From: Candidatus Hydrogenedentota bacterium | GTDB taxonomy: Bacteria; Hydrogenedentota; Hydrogenedentia; Hydrogenedentales; SLHB01 | Direction of reading: 5' to 3' | Assembly (NCBI GenBank): GCA_963745075.1 | Contig: CAVUWV010000014.1 | Location: 160,001-224,000 of the forward strand | Length of the DNA stretch: 64,000 bases | In this document: one piece after another, positions 58,076 through 64,000 of the stretch | Numbering within the stretch: the first letter of the stretch is position 1 | How the letters are laid out: every line of letters begins with the position of its first letter | Translations under genes and position numbers: made by a program | The notes under the pieces: generated by a model | Told to the model about the DNA's origin: nothing | Databases searched by the model: none | What the model saw: only the letters and a program-made list of their open reading frames with translations

Positions 58076-58822
58076 TCAATCAGGAAGCGGTGGATTGTTC
58101 TCAAGTTTCCGGCACAGGCGAAAGCTGAAGACCGGCAACGCAACCAGCACGATGGCCGTCATGACAAGAAGAAGGCACACGACGCTAAACTCTACTATCG
58201 ACTTTGATTTGGAAATGCCCAAAATCATGGAGCAAAACAAACCGCCGCCGAACAGCATGAAAAGAGAGGTTGCCAAAGTAATTGCAACCCGAGGAAAGTG
58301 CCGTGCAGCTATCATCATCCCGAGGACGACTAACGCGAAAGCAGCCAGGGATACCAACGTTATGGGCGGCGGCGAGGCCGCGGCAATACCGATTGCCAGA
58401 CCGGCCAATACATACAACGCGAGGATAGAGGAGAAGGGATTGCGGATTGCTGCGATGTAATCGCACTCTGATACCGTCAGGTACACTCGCCGATACTCAT
58501 CGTGAGCGGCACGTGCGTCGCCCAAGAAAGTCATTGCTTGACGGTGTGCCTCCGCCGCGGAAACACCTTCAGATTCCATGCGCGTTACAACTTCACTGTA
58601 TTCTCGCCGAATTTGCTTTGTGACCGCACGTACGCCTCCGATTCCAAGGGATTTTGTCACGTCGATCCAGCCATCTGCTACATCGGGATGGTCCGGCGAA
58701 AGGCAGAAGGGGCGCTCCTTTTTTGAATACAGGAGCCTTTGGGCAAACAATGGCATGCTCAACAACCGCATAAGACGCTCGCGAATTCCGGGCGCACTCC
58801 GCTTTACGGAATCTGCAACCAT
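58076..58822 (-). CDS. Membrane protein with HAAS/permease-prefix-like helical domain (start uncertain)
   Basis: EG.S..EA...A...LGD pattern followed by 4 TMs. Confidence 0.55.
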   Translation of the reverse strand: MVADSVKRSAPGIRERLMRLLSMPLFAQRLLYSKKERPFCLSPDHPDVADGWIDVTKSLGIGGVRAVTKQIRREYSEVVTRMESEGVSAAEAHRQAMTFLGDARAAHDEYRRVYLTVSECDYIAAIRNPFSSILALYVLAGLAIGIAAASPPPITLVSLAAFALVVLGMMIAARHFPRVAITLATSLFMLFGGGLFCSMILGISKSKSIVEFSVVCLLLVMTAIVLVALPVFSFRLCRKLENNPPLPD

Positions 58823-58872
58823 GGTGTTCCCCACAATTCCTAATACAAGTATAGGGGTACACCGTCTGGTTG

Positions 58873-60343
58873 TCAATGGACGGACCGACTGATCGTCAGA
58901 TCGTTTGTTTCATACCGATGCTGCCGGCCGTCGGGGGCGTTGGGTTCGGTTTGGGGCGGGGGATCGTTGTGATGCAGCCGCAGCAGCGATTTCATCTTGG
59001 ATGAAATCTCCGGGTGCGCGTCCGCCACGTTGTGTTGCTCGCCGATGTCGTTGTCGAGGTCGTAGAGCTCAAAGTCCGCGTCGAGACCGGGGTAAATCGC
59101 TTTCCACTTCCCCATACGGCCGGCGCTCTGAACATTCTCGCCCCAGAGTTCCCAGTACATGAACTCGTGCTCATCCTGTCGCGTGGCCGGCTGCATCCGC
59201 GCCGACGAGCGTGGGCACGATGGAGAGGCCGTCGATGCCGCCCGGCACCGCGTCCGTCGCGCCGCCAAGTTCCGCCAGCGTCGGCATGACGTCGCAGAAG
59301 TACCAGGGCAAGGCGCTTTCCGTCCCCGGTGCGATATGACCCGGCCAGCGCGCGATGGCCGGGATGCGGATGCCGCCTTCGTACAAGGTGCCCTTGTATT
59401 CGCGCAACGGACCGTTTGCCTTGAAGAACTCCGGTTCCGCGACGGAATAGCGGTCCGCGCCGTTGTCGGACGTGAAAATGACCAGCGTGTTGTCATCGAT
59501 ACCCAGTTCTTTCAGCAGCGCCATGATCTGCCCGACACCGTCGTCCATGCGCGTGATCATGGCGGCCATGTTGGCCTTGGGTTCATCGGGGAAGGCATAG
59601 CCCTGCCGCCACCGGAACCGCGGAGGATGTTCGTCGAAGGTGCCGGAGTATTCCTCGAGCGAGTCCTCGGGCGCGATCCACTCGTGATGAGGAATCGTGA
59701 GCGACAAATAGCAGAAGAAGGGGTTGGCGTGATTGCCACGAATAAAGTCCATCGACTTCTGCAAGATCACGTCGTGAGAGTACTGCTCTTTCTGGCCGTG
59801 CGTGTTGCCGGGCAGCGGATAGGGCTCCCCGTTGTGCCAGAGGTAATCCGTGTAGTAGAAGTGGGCGTGTTTCTGGTGCAAGTAGCCAAGAAACTCGTCA
59901 AACCCCTGCTTGTTCGGCACCCCCTCCGTTTCCGCATCGCCGAGGCCCCATTTGCCGAAGACGCCCGTCGTGTATCCCGCAGACTTCAACACTTCCGCCG
60001 TGGTGACGTACTCATCCGGCATCGCAATACCACCGCTGTTGCCGCGCACGGGCGTGTGGCCGCAGTGGTAGCCCGTCATGAGCACGCTCCGCGACGGCGC
60101 ACAGAGCGAGCAGCCCGCATAGGCTTGCGTGAAGCGCAAGCCCTCTTTGGCCAGCCGGTCGATGTTGGGCGTGTGGATATGCTGTTGCCCATAACAGCCG
60201 AGGTGGCCATAGCCCAGGTCATCCGCCATGATGAAGATAATGTTCGGCCGTTCGGCGTTCGACTGCCCCAGGGCCTGCGCGTTCAAACCCGCGGCTGCAA
60301 AGGCCGCCGCACCGGTAGTCTTCAAAAAGTCACGTCGATTCAT
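58873..60343 (-). pseudogene. Arylsulfatase (Cys-type, Tat signal) with +1 frameshift at ~59179 (possible sequencing error)
   Basis: NRRDFLK, ADDLGYG, CAPSR, TSDNG; C-terminal MYWE...ELYDL..D.GE..NVA..HPE in shifted frame. Confidence 0.85.
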
Positions 60344-60472
60344 GGCTCCTCCTCGACAGGTTGGACAATAGGACTCTTGTACATGCCGCTCGAGGGTTGA
60401 GTCAATTCGTAGTTGCACAACCCCCAAGCCAGGAGGACCACAGGTGCCCTCACCTGTGGTCTTCCGTTGAAT

Positions 60473-61336
60473 TCACGATCTCTCCGGGAGGACAGACCGC
60501 AGAAACTTCGCGATCCCCTCTTTGTACAACATGCCGGATTCGTACCAGCCGGTGTAGTGGTCGCCGTGGATTTCGAGAAAGGTTTTGGGCTCCGGGGCGA
60601 GGTCGTATAGCCTGCGCCCGTGGTGATACGGGATAACCTCGTCTTCCGGACTGTGGACGATCAGGATGGGGGCGTGGATGCGCCCGATCTTCTTGTCGTT
60701 TTCGAAACGATGCCGAATCAGCCAATTCACAGGCGCAAATGGAAAGATCTCTTGGCCCATCTGGACGACGCTCACATACGTGCTCTCAAGGATCAGACCC
60801 GCCGGCTCAGTGTCCACCGCGAGATCGGCCGCGATTCCACCGCCCAATGAGCGGCCGAAAATGATAATCCGATCGGGCGACTCGCCGCGTTCCCGGGTCA
60901 GATAGCGCCACGCGGCATGGGCATCCGCGTAACAGCGTTCCTCGGACGGCGCGCCCGAGCTGTTTCCATACCCGCCGTAGTCGAAGACGAATACGTTCAA
61001 CCCTAAATCACGAAAGACGGCGATAGACTTCATCCGGTCCGCAATCGTTCCGGCGTTGGCGTGACAAAAGAGCAGGGTTCCACGTGCATTGTCGACGGGA
61101 ATGTACCAGCCGTTGGTGGTCTCGCCGTCTACGGCCAGCGAAACATCATCGTAAGTCCAATGGAAGGCGGGATCGGCGGGCGTACGCCACACGGAACCGC
61201 CGCGAGGGAACACCATGGACGTTTGCATTACGTAAATCGTGGCCACTCCACCCGCGTAGGCAAGAACGAGCAGGCCAACAACGGTCGCGATGACTCTTCT
61301 TAGCTTGCGCCGGCGTGCTCCGTGTTGTGTAGTCAT
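60473..61336 (-). CDS. Membrane-anchored alpha/beta hydrolase (BEM46/ABHD-like), copy B
   Basis: DYGGYG.S.G.PSE, GRSLG, HSPEDEVI, HGDH. Confidence 0.9.
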   Translation of the reverse strand: MTTQHGARRRKLRRVIATVVGLLVLAYAGGVATIYVMQTSMVFPRGGSVWRTPADPAFHWTYDDVSLAVDGETTNGWYIPVDNARGTLLFCHANAGTIADRMKSIAVFRDLGLNVFVFDYGGYGNSSGAPSEERCYADAHAAWRYLTRERGESPDRIIIFGRSLGGGIAADLAVDTEPAGLILESTYVSVVQMGQEIFPFAPVNWLIRHRFENDKKIGRIHAPILIVHSPEDEVIPYHHGRRLYDLAPEPKTFLEIHGDHYTGWYESGMLYKEGIAKFLRSVLPERS

Positions 61337-62214
61337 TTTTTGGCGCTTGATTCGGAACCGTTCGCCGGCACGACAGACTTCAGAAACTTCGCAATTCCTT
61401 CGGAATAGAGCATGCCGGATTCATACCAGCCTTCGTTGTGACCGCCGTGGATTTTGAGAAACGTCTTCGGTTCCGGGGCGAGTTCGTAAAGGCGTTGCCC
61501 ATGATGATAGGGGATAATGTCGTCGTCCGGGCTGTGGATGACGAGGATGGGGGCTTTGACGTTACCGATCTTGTTTTCGTTGTCGAAACGGTGGCGGATG
61601 AACCAGCCAACGGGAATGAAGGGCAACATTTCCTTGCCCATTTTGGCCGTACTGATGAAGGCGCTCTCGATGATGATCGCGCCCGGCGTAACTCCCTGTG
61701 CGAGCTCCAGGGTCGGACCGGACCCCAACGACCGGCCAAACAGGACGATTTGCGCGGGTTTCTCTCCTTTGTCTTTGGTCAGGTACTTCCAGGCCGCACG
61801 GATGTCCGCGTAGCACCGCTTCTCCGAAGGCTTTCCGCTGCTGTTGCCGTAGCCGCCGTAGTCGTAGATGAACACGTTCAGGTCGAGATCGCGGAAAACT
61901 TCGATCGATTCCAGCCGATCGGCGATGGTCCCGGCATTGCCATGGGAGAAGAGGACCGTACCGCGCGGGTTCTCCACGGGGATGTACCAGCCGTGGGTGG
62001 ATTCACCGTTAACATCCAGGATTACATCTTGGAACGTCCAGCCAAAAGGCGGGTCGGATGGCGTGCGCCAGATGTCGCCGCCGCGTGGGAAGATGATGGC
62101 GGATTGAAGTCCGTAAAACACAGTCACCAGTCCCGCATACGCCAAGACGAGTCCAAGCACAAGACGCATGAGGTTTCTCCCGAGCCGGGGTTGTCCTCTT
62201 TTGCTGGACTCCAT
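61333..62214 (-). CDS. Membrane-anchored alpha/beta hydrolase (BEM46/ABHD-like), copy A
   Basis: HGNAG, GRSLG, HSPDDDII, HGGHN. Confidence 0.9.
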   Translation of the reverse strand: MESSKRGQPRLGRNLMRLVLGLVLAYAGLVTVFYGLQSAIIFPRGGDIWRTPSDPPFGWTFQDVILDVNGESTHGWYIPVENPRGTVLFSHGNAGTIADRLESIEVFRDLDLNVFIYDYGGYGNSSGKPSEKRCYADIRAAWKYLTKDKGEKPAQIVLFGRSLGSGPTLELAQGVTPGAIIIESAFISTAKMGKEMLPFIPVGWFIRHRFDNENKIGNVKAPILVIHSPDDDIIPYHHGQRLYELAPEPKTFLKIHGGHNEGWYESGMLYSEGIAKFLKSVVPANGSESSAKK

Positions 62215-62381
62215 AGACTCGCCTCAATCCTCGCGATCGTTTGTTTTGTGAACACGCCGGGATCATGTATGATAGGGCAGTGACGGCGCAAGCCGGACCG
62301 AGTTATTGGGGGGGCATGCGAGCCGCCGGGTTCGTGGCCGGGTACTGCGGGTGGCCCCGATCATCCGCCGGAGAACATCTC

Positions 62382-63755
62382 ATGGACCATTACAATATCC
62401 TGCTGGACGAAAAACGTCTACCCGACCGTTGGTACAACATCATCCCGGATCTGAAGACGCCGATGGCGCCGCCGCTGCATCCGGGTACCCACCAGCCGTT
62501 GGGGCCGGACGACCTCGCCGCGCTTTTTCCGGCGGCGTTGATTGCTCAGGAGATGTCGCCGGAACCGGCCATCTCGATTCCGGGCGAAGTGATGGACGCG
62601 TACCGGTTGTGGCGGCCGACGCCCTTGCGTCGGGCATACCGGCTCGAGAAGGCCCTCGACACGCCGGCGAAGATTTATTACAAGAACGAGAGCGTAAGCC
62701 CCTCGGGCAGTCACAAGATCAACACGTCAGTGCCGCAAGTCTATTACAACAAAGCCGAAGGCATAAAGGAAATCTCGACGGAAACGGGCGCGGGCCAGTG
62801 GGGTACGGCCCTGAGCATCGCGTGCAGCATGTTCGGGCTGAAGTGCAAGGTCTACATGGTGCGCGTGAGTTACGAGCAAAAGCCATACCGGCGCAGCCTG
62901 ATCCAGACCTACGGCGGCGAAGTGCTCCCGAGCCCGAGCGAGACGACGGATGCTGGCCGCGCATTCCTTGCGGAAGATCCCAATACCACCGGCAGTCTGG
63001 GCATGGCCATTTCGGAAGCCGTTGAGATCGCGGCCAAGAGCGGTGGAACGATCAAATACAGTCTCGGGAGCGTGCTGAACCACGTGCTGCTGCATCAGAC
63101 GATCATCGGCCTTGAAGCGAAGGAGCAGATGGCGAGCGTTGAGGCGTATCCGGACGTCGTCATCGGCTGTTGCGGCGGCGGCTCGAACTTTGCCGGTATC
63201 GCCTTCCCGTACGTGCAGGACAAGCTCAAGAAGGGCAAGGATATCGACATCATTGCGGTCGAGCCGACGGCGTGTCCGACACTCACACGCGGTTTGTACG
63301 CCTACGACTTCGGCGATACGGCCATGCTGACGCCGTTGCTGAAGCAGTATACATTGGGCCACAATTTCATACCGCCGGGCATCCACGCGGGCGGGTTGCG
63401 GTATCACGGCGTCGCGCAACAGGTCGCGCACCTCACGCGCGAAGGCACCATCCGCGCCGTGGCCGTGCACCAGAACCCGGTGTTCGAGTCGTGCATGCTC
63501 TTCGCGAAGTGCGAAGGCATCGTGCCCGCGCCCGAATCGGGTCACGCCATTCGCGTTGCGGTCGACGAAGCGCTAAAGTGCAAAGAGTCCGGCGAGTCGA
63601 AGACCATCCTCTTCAACCTGAGCGGACACGGCCATTTCGATATGTCCTCGTATGACGCCTATCTCAGCGGGAAATTGATCGACTTCGATCTCGACGAAGA
63701 AGCGCTGAAGAAAGCAGAAGACGCCATCCCGAAGGTCGAGGAAGTCACGGCGTAG
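62382..63755 (+). CDS. trpB2: Tryptophan synthase beta chain-like PLP enzyme (TrpB2)
   Basis: [47 protein letters not shown]; no trpA adjacent. Confidence 0.92.
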   Translation: MDHYNILLDEKRLPDRWYNIIPDLKTPMAPPLHPGTHQPLGPDDLAALFPAALIAQEMSPEPAISIPGEVMDAYRLWRPTPLRRAYRLEKALDTPAKIYYKNESVSPSGSHKINTSVPQVYYNKAEGIKEISTETGAGQWGTALSIACSMFGLKCKVYMVRVSYEQKPYRRSLIQTYGGEVLPSPSETTDAGRAFLAEDPNTTGSLGMAISEAVEIAAKSGGTIKYSLGSVLNHVLLHQTIIGLEAKEQMASVEAYPDVVIGCCGGGSNFAGIAFPYVQDKLKKGKDIDIIAVEPTACPTLTRGLYAYDFGDTAMLTPLLKQYTLGHNFIPPGIHAGGLRYHGVAQQVAHLTREGTIRAVAVHQNPVFESCMLFAKCEGIVPAPESGHAIRVAVDEALKCKESGESKTILFNLSGHGHFDMSSYDAYLSGKLIDFDLDEEALKKAEDAIPKVEEVTA

Positions 63756-63765
63756 CGATTGGGGA

Positions 63766-64000
63766 ATGATAACGTCGCGGCATAGGGTGTTGCGGGCGAC
63801 CCATTTTGCGTGGGCTGCAGCAATACTCTATGCCGCGATTTCTGCTTTACTATTCGCCATCGCCTGGTCGGGGGCGATTACCCCGTTGTTTTTCTACGCC
63901 ATGGGCGCACTCGCGCTTGCCCCGATCTTCGACATGCGCGTTTCGTCGGTGCAAATCGATCGTGAAGCGCATGAACTGGTCGTCGAGCGACGTTACTGGT
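63766..64000 (+). CDS. Hypothetical membrane protein, 3'-truncated by window
   Basis: ATG after GGGGA; frame open to window end with two hydrophobic segments. Confidence 0.5.
   Translation, partial: MITSRHRVLRATHFAWAAAILYAAISALLFAIAWSGAITPLFFYAMGALALAPIFDMRVSSVQIDREAHELVVERRYW

Noticed and set aside
62241..62381. Trp attenuator upstream of trpB2
   Set aside because: The Trp codons are in frame with trpB2 with no stop, and there is no terminator U-tract

Overview
GC-rich (~60%) bacterial chromosomal window. Gene content (Tat-exported sulfatases, GH28/beta-helix/(alpha/alpha)6 glycosidases, alginate-export-type barrel, ECF sigma with a long extension) is compatible with Candidatus Hydrogenedentota or a PVC-like heterotroph; this is inference only. 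It holds a Ugp-like sugar ABC transporter, a complete phosphate cluster (phoB-phoR-pstSCAB-phoU, pit plus DUF47, and a divergent outer-membrane barrel with Pho-box-like repeats), hflX, a SNF2 helicase, lipA/lipB, hom-thrC, a MinD-bactofilin operon, an ABC ATPase with three paralogous membrane proteins, two sulfatases, tandem alpha/beta hydrolases and trpB2. No rRNA, tRNA, CRISPR array, prophage or transposase was seen. The most striking unannotated signal is at 18.5-20.0 kb: a sigma54-type promoter precedes a ~120-nt three-hairpin, self-terminating candidate sRNA with repeated UUCCCCC loops. Next come a consensus sigma70 promoter, a long structured leader, a xylose-isomerase-fold protein that appears to have lost its catalytic residues, and an hflX with an apparent ATT start. 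Other notable items are an ECF sigma fused to membrane helices and prenyltransferase-like repeats, a chimeric gene start, several families of inverted-repeat mini-elements, and four single-base frameshifts that may be assembly errors. All calls were made by eye, without database searches.
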